Assembly: GCA_029260905.1 (NCBI GenBank)
Contig: JAJDCH010000011.1
Coordinates: forward strand, 512 to 64,511
DNA length: 64,000 nt
Direction of reading: 5' to 3'
From: Candidatus Levyibacteriota bacterium
GTDB lineage: Bacteria; Patescibacteriota; Microgenomatia; Levybacterales; UBA12049
The notes beneath the pieces were generated by a model. That model searched no databases, was not told where the DNA came from, and saw only the letters and a list, made by a program, of their open reading frames with translations. The first letter of the stretch is position 1, and every line of letters starts with the position of its first letter. Positions 48,871 to 59,049 of this stretch are shown piece after piece. Both the position numbers and the translations under genes were made by a program.

Positions 48871-49266
48871 ATGAATGCAATAGTCGCATCAGACAAAGTT
48901 TACGTAGCAAAATCAAAAATTCCTGATTCTGGTCGTGGAGTGTTTGCGAGAGTTGATATCAAAAAGAAAGATATTATCGAAATCTGTCCTCTGATAGAGA
49001 TACCAGTAAATGATTTTGCAAACATAAATCAAAGCTTTCTGGTCACATACTTTTTTTCTTTTGGTAAAGCCAAAAATAAACTGGCAATAGCCCTTGGTTT
49101 TGGCGCAATTTATAATCATACCTATACCCCCAATGCTACATATAAAAAAATTCCTCGAGAAAGCATTATGAAATTTATCGCGCTTAAACACATCAAAAAA
49201 CACCAAGAAATAACCGTAAATTATAATAACGGTGATCCTGATGACAAAACTCCTCTCTGGTTTTAA
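48871..49266 (+). CDS. SET-domain protein-lysine methyltransferase
   Basis: GRGVFA, YNHTYTPN, EITVNY. Confidence 0.9.
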   Translation: MNAIVASDKVYVAKSKIPDSGRGVFARVDIKKKDIIEICPLIEIPVNDFANINQSFLVTYFFSFGKAKNKLAIALGFGAIYNHTYTPNATYKKIPRESIMKFIALKHIKKHQEITVNYNNGDPDDKTPLWF

Positions 49267-49315
49267 AAAGTCATTTTCTTCCAAAAAACTTACATTTCTG
49301 ATATAAAATATATTT

Positions 49316-50212
49316 ATGTCAAATAAAAAAGTTATCATCCCCCATCTGTGGTTTGATACGCAGGCCGTTGAAGCAGCTGATTTTTATATATCGACATTTG
49401 GTAAAGGATCAAAAATTACCAACAAGTCAGAACTTCACAACACCCCATCAGGAGATGTGGATACAGTGAGTTTCAATCTCTTGGGAATGGACTTTATGGC
49501 AATTTCAGCTGGTCCATTTTTTAAACTCAATCCATCAATCTCATTTATTGTTGGCTGCGAAACCAAAGAAGAGGTAAACAGACTTTGGGAAAAACTATCA
49601 GAAGGCGGAAGAGTACTGATGCCTCTTGGTAAGTATCCATTTAGTGAACGCTTTGGATGGATCCAAGATAAGTTTGGCCTTTCATGGCAACTAATTTTTA
49701 CACATCCTGAGGGTGATGAAAGACCCAAAATTGTTCCAGCGCTTCTTTTTGTAAATGAAGTATCCGGAAAAGCAGATGATGCGATCAAATTTTATTTATC
49801 TGTTTTTAAAGATTCCAAGATGGGTAGCAAGATGACATATGGACCAAATCAAAAACCAGAAAAGGAAGGAAACATCATGTTTGCCGATTTTCAGCTTCTT
49901 GATACATGGATTGCTGCTATGGATAGCTCTCTAGACCACAAATTCAACTTTGGTGAGGCAATCTCATTTATCGTTAATTGTGACACACAGGAGGAAATTG
50001 ACTACTATTGGGAAAAATTATCAGCAGTTCCAGAATCTGAGCAATGTGGCTGGCTCAAGGATAAGTATGGTGTCAGCTGGCAGATAATTCCAGAGATTCT
50101 TGAGAAGATGCTTGAGAAAGGCAGCAAAGAGCAAGTTAAACGTGCTACGGAGGCCTTTCTCAAAATGAAAAAATTTGATATTAAAGAGCTAGAAAAAGCC
50201 TATAAAGGATAA
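49316..50212 (+). CDS. VOC family protein (tandem PhnB-like domains)
   Basis: Two copies of GW..DK.G.SWQ. Confidence 0.9.
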   Translation: MSNKKVIIPHLWFDTQAVEAADFYISTFGKGSKITNKSELHNTPSGDVDTVSFNLLGMDFMAISAGPFFKLNPSISFIVGCETKEEVNRLWEKLSEGGRVLMPLGKYPFSERFGWIQDKFGLSWQLIFTHPEGDERPKIVPALLFVNEVSGKADDAIKFYLSVFKDSKMGSKMTYGPNQKPEKEGNIMFADFQLLDTWIAAMDSSLDHKFNFGEAISFIVNCDTQEEIDYYWEKLSAVPESEQCGWLKDKYGVSWQIIPEILEKMLEKGSKEQVKRATEAFLKMKKFDIKELEKAYKG

Positions 50213-50214
50213 GT

Positions 50215-50601
50215 ATGTTTAAAAACACACCTGCATTTAGCGGATTTTCAGTTGATAACCTTGAGAAAGCGAGAAAATTTTATGGTGAAACACTTGGTAT
50301 AGAGATCGAGAAAGATGAAATGGGACTACAGCTCAATCTAAAAGGAGCAGGTAAAATATTTGTTTACGAAAAAGAAAACCACATCCCTGCAACTTTCACA
50401 ATTCTTAATTTCGTAGTTTCGGACATAAACAAAGCAGTTGAAGAATTGTTGAAAAAAGGCATAACGTTTGAACACTACACAGGCGATATGGCAACGGATG
50501 AAAAAGGAATTCTTCGAGGAATTGCAGCCAACATGGGTCCTGATATTGCCTGGTTTCGAGATCCAGCTGGTAATTTTCTTTCAGTGCTTCAAGAAAAATA
50601 A
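50215..50601 (+). CDS. VOC/glyoxalase family protein
   Basis: FSGFSV..FYGETLG, FTILNF, AWFRDPAGN. Confidence 0.9.
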   Translation: MFKNTPAFSGFSVDNLEKARKFYGETLGIEIEKDEMGLQLNLKGAGKIFVYEKENHIPATFTILNFVVSDINKAVEELLKKGITFEHYTGDMATDEKGILRGIAANMGPDIAWFRDPAGNFLSVLQEK

Positions 50602-50647
50602 TCTCATTTAATCTCTCCAGTTTCTGTGCTAGAGTATATACATACCT

Positions 50648-51169
50648 ATGATTGATCAAGTGAATACTCCAAACCAAACACCCATCCAGACAGATAATCA
50701 GGAAGGTGAAAAAATGCAGGAAGTAGAAAAGGCCGCTGAAAAAATCTCAGAAGAGCTGCATGTTGAACTTCCCGCCAAGGGACTTCTCTTTCCAATAAGA
50801 ATAATCGCGCTTTTTGCACTTTTGGGAGGACTTGGGATAATAGGTAGTGGTTTTGCTGATATCCTTGATGCGACAAAAAACAATGTTTGGATATATATAT
50901 TTCGAACCCTAGTTGGATTATTAGCACTGGCTGCAGCATATGGAATAATCGAGCATCAACGTTGGGCTTTGTGGCTTTTTGGACTGATTGTTTTTATGGG
51001 TCTTGTTATAAATCCAATTATCACTCTCTTTCCTCTGGCTGCACTTGTTTATTTATTTACAAAACGAGGACTTTTTGAACCTTCAAGATTTGATAGACTT
51101 CTTGACTTAGTCTGGCAGGCAATTAGAGAAAAGGTTCAAAAACAAAAACCAACAGATAATTTATCGTAG
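50648..51169 (+). CDS. Hypothetical membrane protein
   Basis: Three to four hydrophobic segments. Confidence 0.7.
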   Translation: MIDQVNTPNQTPIQTDNQEGEKMQEVEKAAEKISEELHVELPAKGLLFPIRIIALFALLGGLGIIGSGFADILDATKNNVWIYIFRTLVGLLALAAAYGIIEHQRWALWLFGLIVFMGLVINPIITLFPLAALVYLFTKRGLFEPSRFDRLLDLVWQAIREKVQKQKPTDNLS

Positions 51170-51208
51170 CTCTTACTTGTTGAGAGTCTTGGTATACTGT
51201 ATTTAGTT

Positions 51209-51406
51209 ATGCAATTTCTAGGTCTTACATTTCAAGTTACTGGCGAGGTCATGATAGGGCTTACTGCCATCATGGTACATAGACGTGTCTGGAAAGAACA
51301 CAAAATAGATCCTGCAGTTTATAATGAAATGCGAAGAGAGCAGACAGTGGGGATACTGGGAATTTCTTTTCTGATAATCGGATATTTCTTGCAGGTTCTC
51401 TTTTAG
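51209..51406 (+). CDS. Small 2-TM membrane protein
   Basis: GEVMI..VH.R..EHKID..E; TATACT upstream. Confidence 0.7.
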   Translation: MQFLGLTFQVTGEVMIGLTAIMVHRRVWKEHKIDPAVYNEMRREQTVGILGISFLIIGYFLQVLF

Positions 51407-51408
51407 TC

Positions 51409-51612
51409 TTATTTTTTTACTTTTCTTCTTGATTCAGATTTATATTGCAGCTGAGCTGTTAACTCTTCAATTACAGATGCCAATAATCCATATACAATGA
51501 GTGCGAAAAGTGCTGAGAATTCTATCACAAATCCTCCTTCTATAGCAGGTGAGGGGAACATGCCTGTAACATGCGCACGAAGAGGTGCGCTTGTTTCATA
51601 AACCCATTTCAG
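51409..51612 (-). pseudogene. 5'-truncated YggT-like membrane protein remnant
   Basis: WVYETSAPL....GMFPSPAIEGGFVIEFSALFALIVY; upstream in-frame stop at the MFS start, no proper start codon. Confidence 0.6.
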
Positions 51613-51630
51613 TTCTGCTATAATTTTTCA

Positions 51631-52920
51631 ATGAAAACATTCTACAATCTTCTAGGAGTTGGACTTATCGCTGCAACGACAAATAATTTTGCTTGGTTCG
51701 CACTTACCTATTTTGCCTACCTTGAAACAAAGTCCGTAATTTCTACATCTATGATTGGTGGTATTTATCTTGTCGCTACAGCCTTTTCTGGTTTTTGGTT
51801 TGGTTCAATTATAGATAACCATAAAAAGAAAAGCACAATGATTGGATCATCTATCGCAAGTCTCATTTTTTTTACATTAGGTTTTTTAATTTTCTTGATG
51901 TCTCCAGCAAGTGCATTCCAGAGCGTAACAAGTCCTATCCTTTGGATTTTTGCACTTCTAGTCTTAGCAGGTACAATCTCAGGAAATATCTATAATATTG
52001 CAATACCTACACTTGTTGCTGTTCTTGTTCCAGAAAAAAATAGAGACAAAGCAAACGGGCTATTTGGAACGATTATTGGAGTTGCTTTCGCTATTACCTC
52101 AATTGCATCAGGGCTCGTTCTTGGATTCATGGGAATGTATTGGATCTTTGTAATTGCTATCATGTTTACAATTGTTGCTCTTATTTATCTCATTTTTATT
52201 TCAATTAATGAAAAAAGGATAATACATACAGAGGAGACACCAAAAAGAATTGATATAAAAGGAACAATAAAAGTAGTTAAAAATATCCCAGGTCTTTTTG
52301 CCCTTATCTTCTTCACAACCTTTAACAATCTTCTTGGTGGAGTGTTCATGGCGTTGATGGATGCTTATGGATTGTCTTTAGTATCAGTTCAAGTCTGGGG
52401 TCTTCTATGGGGATTTTTAAGTTTTGGATTCATATTTGGGGGACTTTTCATCGCCAGACGAGGACTTGGTAAGCATCTTCTCAGAAATCTCTTTAGAATA
52501 AATATCGTCACATGGACAGTTTGTATTTTCTTTACAATCCAGCCCTCAATCATTCTTTTGACGATCGGTACGTTTATTTGGATGAGTCTTATACCATTTA
52601 TTGAAGCCACAGAACAAACTATAATTCAAAAAGTAGTACCGCGTGAACGACTTGGTCGTGTCTTTGGTTTTGCACAAAGCATTGAACAAGCAGCATCCCC
52701 ATTAACAGCATTTATAATTGGCCCTATTGCACAATTTATTTTTATCCCCTTCATGACAACTGGTGTAGGAGTTAAATTAATTGGTAGCTGGTTTGGTATA
52801 GGAACTGGGCGAGGAATCGCACTGGTATTTATAGCCGCAGGAATAGTAGGACTTATTGTTACGTTAATTGCTATGCGTTCTACTTCTTACAAAATTCTTG
52901 CAGAAAGATACAGAAAATAA
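51631..52920 (+). CDS. MFS transporter
   Basis: About 12 TMs; G..D..KK, RDKANG, GRVFG; start reset after TGcTATAAT. Confidence 0.9.
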   Translation: MKTFYNLLGVGLIAATTNNFAWFALTYFAYLETKSVISTSMIGGIYLVATAFSGFWFGSIIDNHKKKSTMIGSSIASLIFFTLGFLIFLMSPASAFQSVTSPILWIFALLVLAGTISGNIYNIAIPTLVAVLVPEKNRDKANGLFGTIIGVAFAITSIASGLVLGFMGMYWIFVIAIMFTIVALIYLIFISINEKRIIHTEETPKRIDIKGTIKVVKNIPGLFALIFFTTFNNLLGGVFMALMDAYGLSLVSVQVWGLLWGFLSFGFIFGGLFIARRGLGKHLLRNLFRINIVTWTVCIFFTIQPSIILLTIGTFIWMSLIPFIEATEQTIIQKVVPRERLGRVFGFAQSIEQAASPLTAFIIGPIAQFIFIPFMTTGVGVKLIGSWFGIGTGRGIALVFIAAGIVGLIVTLIAMRSTSYKILAERYRK

Positions 52921-52950
52921 CTTTTTGTTTGCTATAATCTATCTACATTT

Positions 52951-53853
52951 ATGAAACGTGATACAAAACAATTAGTTATTTTTTCCATTCTTTCCCTTCT
53001 TCTCCTTAGTCCCCTTGCCTATCTTGCTGGAACACAAAGCAGTACAAAAAATGACCAGTCTATAATAAATTCAATTAAAAACGCTTATGCTGCAAAGCCT
53101 AGCCCCTCCCCAATCCCTCCAACTCCCACTCAAAAAGTCTATGAATTCAGCAAATACACTCCTCCTCAGAAAACAAAAAAGTCTGAATACAAAATTTTTA
53201 TGCTTGGTGACTCTATGACAGATGCTCTCGGTCCACATGGAGGGGAATTTAGCGAAAATATAAATTTGCTTTATAAAAAAAATGGCATAGGGATAATAAT
53301 TGATAATTATGCATCACCATCAAGCAACATCTTATCTCTTGATCAAAATATGAGAAAAGAAATAAGATCTTGGGATGTTGATTTTAAACCAATGCTTGAT
53401 CAGGATTTTGATTTAGTACTCATTGAATCATTTGGCTATAATCCCCTCTCGCAATTTGGAATAACTGATGGAATAAAAGAACAAAATACAGCTCTTGGAA
53501 AAACACTCACAACTATAATAAATAATAATCCAGAAGCCTCAATTGTTTTTGTCGCAACCATTGCACCAGATAAACAAACTTACAACGCAGCCAACAATCC
53601 TGGCTCCACAATACAAGAGAGAACCGAACAAGCTGATGAAAGAATTATTTACCTAAAAAACCATATAAGTTATGCAAAATTTCACAACATTCCAGTTGTA
53701 AATATTTTTGAAAAATCTCTTAGCAATCAGGGCGATGGGAACACCAAATACATAAATCCTGATGATAATATCCATCCATCAGCTGTGGGAATTGAACTCA
53801 TCAGCAAAGAACTCGCAGATTTTATCTACAACAACCAAATACTCCCTTACTGA
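52951..53853 (+). CDS. Exported SGNH/GDSL hydrolase
   Basis: LGDSMT, GYN, DNIHPS; Pro-rich linker. Confidence 0.8.
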   Translation: MKRDTKQLVIFSILSLLLLSPLAYLAGTQSSTKNDQSIINSIKNAYAAKPSPSPIPPTPTQKVYEFSKYTPPQKTKKSEYKIFMLGDSMTDALGPHGGEFSENINLLYKKNGIGIIIDNYASPSSNILSLDQNMRKEIRSWDVDFKPMLDQDFDLVLIESFGYNPLSQFGITDGIKEQNTALGKTLTTIINNNPEASIVFVATIAPDKQTYNAANNPGSTIQERTEQADERIIYLKNHISYAKFHNIPVVNIFEKSLSNQGDGNTKYINPDDNIHPSAVGIELISKELADFIYNNQILPY

Positions 53854-53898
53854 TAAGTCTGTTTTATTTTTTTTCCATATATACTAAACTAATTACAT

Positions 53899-55236
53899 AT
53901 GGGCTTAAAACCAATACTGACTAATCCCTCAACAGCAATCATTATCGCAACTGCACCAACTGGCCTTGGACATCTGAGAGTTACTGATGCTCTATATCAC
54001 GGCTTGCCCAAGGGTTCATCTCCTGTTCTACTTGGTGCTAAAGCGGATGCAGAAAGCGCTCTCTATAGATTTATAAGTATTCATCCACTGACCAGAAGAT
54101 TTATGGAGTTTTCCCAAAATCCTCCATTTGAAAAAATTGTAACCAAAGTTGGCACATTTATCATGCATAAACGCACAAAAAATATCTACAGACAAATTAA
54201 AACAATTTTGGGAGGAAGATTTGTTGTACCAAAAACAATTGTGCTTGTCGCTGCCCATGCTATACAAGGTCATCAAATTGCTGCAATAAAAGAAACACTC
54301 GAAAAAGAGATGAATGCTAAGGTTTTTCTTGCTATCCAAATCACTGATGATAGTCCTCAAACAGTATGGTATGTTGACGGAGCAGATGTGATATTCGCCC
54401 CAAGCGAATACACCAAAACCCATTTGGTTTCATTCGCAAAAAAAGACGAGTTGAAAGAAGTGCCAATAGAAGTAACAGCATATCCTGTTAGCCCTCTTCT
54501 TGCAGAAAATTTAACAGATCATGCTTTTGAAAATAAAGTATCCCAAACAGATCCTGAATCATCATCCAAAATTCATATGACAATTCCTGTTCCGGGCGCA
54601 GCAGTTGGAACCTCTTTTATGTCTGATTTTATCAAATCGCTAAACAAACATTCACCAAGATTTCTATTTCATGTAGTATCAAGAAAGGCGCCTTTTACTG
54701 AAAGCTTTCTAAACTTGATGTATGATCTTGAATACGTACAAGTCAAGGCATCTTATCATGACAGGGAAACGGTTGCTTCATATGAGGAAATTTTTAAGGA
54801 TGAAATAATATCTTTGGAGCTAACCAAGCCAAGCGAACAATCATTTAAAGCACTCATAGATCCCAGAAAACGAGGAGGTTGTATAATACTTTTTTCAAAT
54901 CCAGTTGGGAGACAAGAATATGACAATCTCAACTTCCTAAAAAACCACAATCTTATGCCAAGAAGCGCTGATTCAAAACTTCTCTGGAAAATGTCCAGCG
55001 AGAATCAACCCCTTACAGATGAGGTACTAATCAAAAAATCTCATAATTGGAGAGCGCTACTCCTTCCTGATGATCCTAATAAAGCATCCTCATTTACCCT
55101 TTGGTGCTTAAGAGAAAAGCTCTTCTCAAACATGATGACATATTCCCAGAAAACAGAAAGCATTGAATTAAAATCAACTGGAGTTGAACAGTTTTGGAAA
55201 AAAATTGAGGAGTATTTAAGCAATCCTACTATCTAA
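53899..55236 (+). CDS. Hypothetical protein, GT-B/GT28-like glycosyltransferase
   Basis: GLGH near the N-terminus, ITDD, TKP, PVGRQEYDN resembling UgtP/MGDG-synthase motifs (inference). Confidence 0.5.
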   Translation: MGLKPILTNPSTAIIIATAPTGLGHLRVTDALYHGLPKGSSPVLLGAKADAESALYRFISIHPLTRRFMEFSQNPPFEKIVTKVGTFIMHKRTKNIYRQIKTILGGRFVVPKTIVLVAAHAIQGHQIAAIKETLEKEMNAKVFLAIQITDDSPQTVWYVDGADVIFAPSEYTKTHLVSFAKKDELKEVPIEVTAYPVSPLLAENLTDHAFENKVSQTDPESSSKIHMTIPVPGAAVGTSFMSDFIKSLNKHSPRFLFHVVSRKAPFTESFLNLMYDLEYVQVKASYHDRETVASYEEIFKDEIISLELTKPSEQSFKALIDPRKRGGCIILFSNPVGRQEYDNLNFLKNHNLMPRSADSKLLWKMSSENQPLTDEVLIKKSHNWRALLLPDDPNKASSFTLWCLREKLFSNMMTYSQKTESIELKSTGVEQFWKKIEEYLSNPTI

Positions 55237-55447
55237 AATGCATACTTTTATCATGTAAATTTTTGCTCCAAGTAGGTTTTTTTGTTATCTTTATAGAATT
55301 ATCTGGTGGGGCTAAAGCAATGATATAGGTTATATCTTTTTTAAAATATTCAAATGCGCTTGCTGATTTTTTAAAAAAATAACCATGTTTATCATAAAAA
55401 GAGGAATCAATGCAAAAACAAATTGAAAAGAATAGAATTCCAAACAA
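55229..55447 (-). CDS. Small membrane protein (uncertain)
   Basis: Fills the gap 55237-55510; the two overlapping minus-strand ORFs may be one frameshifted gene. Confidence 0.3.
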   Translation of the reverse strand: MFGILFFSICFCIDSSFYDKHGYFFKKSASAFEYFKKDITYIIALAPPDNSIKITKKPTWSKNLHDKSMHFR

Positions 55448-55510
55448 AACTCCAAACTACCCAACGCACCATAATACCTTATATCACTTACTCTTGCTAT
55501 AATAAATGAG

Positions 55511-56383
55511 GTGAACATCTATGCACTTCTTATCTTTGGAATGATTCTTTGGGGAATGTATCCCATCTTTACACATCACTTTGTTGAAAGCGTTGATCCA
55601 TTTTTTCTTGTAGCTATCACTACACTTTTTTCATCTATTCCATTCATGGTAAAGATTGCTTTTCAAAAAAAACTAAGAACAATATTCTCTCAAAAAACAC
55701 TTTTACAACTTATCCCAGTTGCGTTATTTGCAGGAGTAGGACATTTATTTCTGTTTGTCGGAACAAGTATAACAACAGGTATAAATACAGGAATTCTCCT
55801 TCAAATTGAACCTGCATATGCTCTTCTAATTGGGATTATTTTATTTCATGAAAAATTTAAAAAACAAAGGTTTTTTGCAACCCTAATAATGGTTATAGGC
55901 GCAATGTTTATTGTTTACAAAGGAACTGCAATGCCAAACACAGGAGATGTTTTGGTTCTCCTTACTACTCTCATGTATCAACTCTCTCACTCTTTTGCAA
56001 AAAAATTACTTAATAAAAAAATTGATTCAGCCATTATTCTCTGCGGGAGACAGTTAATTGCAGGAATTATTCTGATTAGCATTTTTGGCACTACAAATAG
56101 TTCTTTCATTAAATTTATTCAAACACCATCATATATTTGGATTGGATTTTACTTAGGTTTTTACCTTGCAGCTGTAACCTTCATCTGGTATGCAGCACTT
56201 AGAAAAATGCCGCTTTCTGTAGCATCCTCATTTCTTCCTCTTACTGCAGTTGTTGCATTTCTTGGATCAGTATTTTTCCTTAAAGAAAATATAAATTCGA
56301 ATCAAATAATTGGATTTGTTTTTATAATCTCCGGCATGATCTGGCTTGGAAAGATAAATAGATCTAAAGTCACAAAATCTTAA
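55511..56383 (+). CDS. EamA/DMT family transporter
   Basis: Ten TMs, duplicated EamA pattern (ILWG; QIEP..FHEK; FFLKE). Confidence 0.9.
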   Translation: MNIYALLIFGMILWGMYPIFTHHFVESVDPFFLVAITTLFSSIPFMVKIAFQKKLRTIFSQKTLLQLIPVALFAGVGHLFLFVGTSITTGINTGILLQIEPAYALLIGIILFHEKFKKQRFFATLIMVIGAMFIVYKGTAMPNTGDVLVLLTTLMYQLSHSFAKKLLNKKIDSAIILCGRQLIAGIILISIFGTTNSSFIKFIQTPSYIWIGFYLGFYLAAVTFIWYAALRKMPLSVASSFLPLTAVVAFLGSVFFLKENINSNQIIGFVFIISGMIWLGKINRSKVTKS

Positions 56384-56402
56384 GGTTTGTTATAATCAAA
56401 TT

Positions 56403-57029
56403 ATGAGAAATGTTTTTCCTGCAGTTTTATTTTTTTTCGCAATCACATTTGCGCTTTTTATATTCAATGGTCAACAGAAAACCAGTAATCAATCATCAAA
56501 AAGTCCTACACAAAATAAAATATCTCCAACACCCCTTCCCCCAACTCCTTTCAACTGCAAAAACCCGCTTCCACAAATAATAGAAGGGCCTTACTACAAA
56601 ACAGGCACTCCTGAAAAAAATAATTTTCAAAATGATGTAGCTACTGGTGAAAAGATAACTCTTGCTGGATATGTATCAGATGAAAATTGTCAACCAATTC
56701 AAGACGCTATCCTTGATTTTTGGCAGACAGATACAAATGGTGAGTATGATAATACTGGTTATAATCTAAGAGGATATCAAAAAACAGATAGCTATGGAAA
56801 ATACGAACTAAAAACAATTATCCCAGGAGCTTACGAAAACAGAACACCTCATATTCATGTAAAAATAAGACCATCTCCTGTTTCTCCTGAAACAACATCT
56901 CAGCTTTATTTCCCTGGAAGCGTAAATCAAAACAATGATCCTATTTTTTCTGAGGCAACGATGGTAAAAATAATTGAAAGCAATGGAGCAAAAACCGCTT
57001 ACTATAATTTCGTAGTGAAAACAAATTAA
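56403..57029 (+). CDS. Intradiol ring-cleavage dioxygenase-like protein with N-terminal anchor
   Basis: EGPYY, WQTD..GEY, LRG, PGAY..RTPHIH, SQLYF. Confidence 0.85.
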   Translation: MRNVFPAVLFFFAITFALFIFNGQQKTSNQSSKSPTQNKISPTPLPPTPFNCKNPLPQIIEGPYYKTGTPEKNNFQNDVATGEKITLAGYVSDENCQPIQDAILDFWQTDTNGEYDNTGYNLRGYQKTDSYGKYELKTIIPGAYENRTPHIHVKIRPSPVSPETTSQLYFPGSVNQNNDPIFSEATMVKIIESNGAKTAYYNFVVKTN

Positions 57030-57043
57030 TAATTTGCTAAACT

Positions 57044-57634
57044 ATGTTTATGGCGAAAATAAAAAATCAAAAAATATTTTCTCCTCGTTTTGCGCTTTAT
57101 CTTTTCATTATTATTGTCTTTGCCTTTTTTCTTGGTTGGCAAAACACCATCTCATCTCCTGAATATGCTGCATATCAAATGTTTAAAGCAGTCAGGGAAA
57201 AAGACTATCAAAAATTTGAAAAATACGCCGATGTTGACTCAATTGCTGAAAAGGGTGTTGATGAATTTGCAAAAAAATTTCCTGAAAAGTCTCCCCTCAA
57301 ATTAAATTTAAATGTTTTAAACATAGTAGGACTGAATCTTTCCCATGAGATAGACATTGCTGCCATGAAACCTGCTGCTGTTGAAAATGTAAAAAATGGT
57401 ATAAGGGAAGCTGTTGAAGAGGGTTATATAAAAGGGGCAAGCTATAGTGAAGACAGCCTTGTTAAAGCAATGCAAGAAATAAAATCAGAAAAAGAAGATG
57501 GTTTTGTAAGAATTACTGTGCCAATTGATGAAAAACCCTTTTATATGAATATGAGAAAAATTAATGGTCATTGGGAAGTCTTTGAAATAGACATCAACTC
57601 CCCCAGTATAAAAGCTGCTTATCCAGAAAAATAA
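57044..57634 (+). CDS. Membrane-anchored hypothetical protein (DUF2939-like)
   Basis: TM then SPEYA....A...D...F..Y.D. Confidence 0.6.
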   Translation: MFMAKIKNQKIFSPRFALYLFIIIVFAFFLGWQNTISSPEYAAYQMFKAVREKDYQKFEKYADVDSIAEKGVDEFAKKFPEKSPLKLNLNVLNIVGLNLSHEIDIAAMKPAAVENVKNGIREAVEEGYIKGASYSEDSLVKAMQEIKSEKEDGFVRITVPIDEKPFYMNMRKINGHWEVFEIDINSPSIKAAYPEK

Positions 57635-57636
57635 AA

Positions 57637-58353
57637 TTATTTTGGTTGAAAATTAGTAAACTCTTGAACACAACTATCTCCTTTGCACGCAACACAACTA
57701 TATGTATAATCACCAACTATTGCAGCATGATGTATTGGATCACCAACCCACCAATTAAAAGCTTCCTGCTCTGTTCTCATTGAGATAATATTTTCATTAA
57801 ACCAATAAGAGAAATTATGAGAATTTTTACCAGCGTGCATACGACCCTCAGCTATTTCTAGCCCTATCTGAGGAGCACGAGCAACTGCAAGAGAGCAAAC
57901 CCTAGCATCTTTTTGAAAAATAGATAATCCTTTTGACACGCGGTATGAATTGCTTAGGTTAAATAACACATCAGCATTAAGCCCCTCACTAATTGATAAA
58001 TTCTCAGCACCAACTTTGGTTGTTGAAATTGAGGTGAGATCTGAACTTTCAGTTGATTCAACTTCTGGAGTTGGAGTAATTATAACTGGAGACTCAATTA
58101 TTAATGTTTTTGAAACAGAGGTTACAACTACTCTGTCTTTCTTTTCAGAATTTAGTTTCTCAAAATTTATTTTCTGAGGTTTTTGTTTTATCTTACTTAA
58201 AGAAAGCTGATCAGAGAAAAAAATTCCTGGATATGACAGGTATCGAGAAGCTTTATATTCAGAAGCCGAAACAGAGCTTGCAAAACTAAAAAATAAAAAT
58301 CCAGTTAAGAGACAACTGATTGTCTTTTTTATCATGGAATTTACCATAAGCAA
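57637..58353 (-). CDS. Exported CAP/SCP domain protein
   Basis: N.YR..GL, H, ENI, W...PIH..AI. Confidence 0.75.
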   Translation of the reverse strand: MLMVNSMIKKTISCLLTGFLFFSFASSVSASEYKASRYLSYPGIFFSDQLSLSKIKQKPQKINFEKLNSEKKDRVVVTSVSKTLIIESPVIITPTPEVESTESSDLTSISTTKVGAENLSISEGLNADVLFNLSNSYRVSKGLSIFQKDARVCSLAVARAPQIGLEIAEGRMHAGKNSHNFSYWFNENIISMRTEQEAFNWWVGDPIHHAAIVGDYTYSCVACKGDSCVQEFTNFQPK

Positions 58354-58410
58354 TGTATTTTACCTTTTTTTGACATAAATTAGCAAATCTATGTCTGTTA
58401 TAATAACTTT

Positions 58411-58986
58411 ATGTCAAAGCTTTTTATCCCAATTCTTCTTGGCACCACTAGACCCAAAAGACAATCAATAAAAGCTGCAAAACTTATAGAAAAAATCGGT
58501 AATACAATATCTGAAATAAAGGTTCAGCTTGTTGATCCAAATGATTATAATTTCCCCTTTGATGGAAATGATCCTGAAAATAAAAATCCAGAATACTCCA
58601 AGCTCACACTTAATGCAGATGCATTTTTTATCGTCACACCTGAGTACAACCATAGCTTTCCTGGAACCTTAAAAAGAATGCTTGACTCAGAACTTGCAAA
58701 TTATATTCATAAGCCAGTTGCTTTTGCTGGTGTTTCAAATGGAATTTTTGGCGGTGCTAGAGCAATTGAAGCACTCATCAGAACAGTAAGAGAAATGGGT
58801 ATGATTTCAACTTTTTCAGATGTTTATTTCCCACAAATCCAAAACACATTTGATGAAAATGGTAAACTTCTTGATGAAGGATACATAAAAAGAATTGAGA
58901 GAGCTTATATCGAACTTATCTGGATGGCAAAGAGCTTAAAGTGGGGACGGGAAAACCTGGAAAGCATTTATCATAAGAAGAAATAA
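58411..58986 (+). CDS. NADPH-dependent FMN reductase
   Basis: GTTRPKR.S, VTPEYNHSFPG.LK..LD, GGARA. Confidence 0.92.
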   Translation: MSKLFIPILLGTTRPKRQSIKAAKLIEKIGNTISEIKVQLVDPNDYNFPFDGNDPENKNPEYSKLTLNADAFFIVTPEYNHSFPGTLKRMLDSELANYIHKPVAFAGVSNGIFGGARAIEALIRTVREMGMISTFSDVYFPQIQNTFDENGKLLDEGYIKRIERAYIELIWMAKSLKWGRENLESIYHKKK

Positions 58987-59049
58987 TTCTTTCATTATTA
59001 TTACCTTATACTTAAGTTGCTTTTACTTTTTTGTTCTAATATTAATTTT

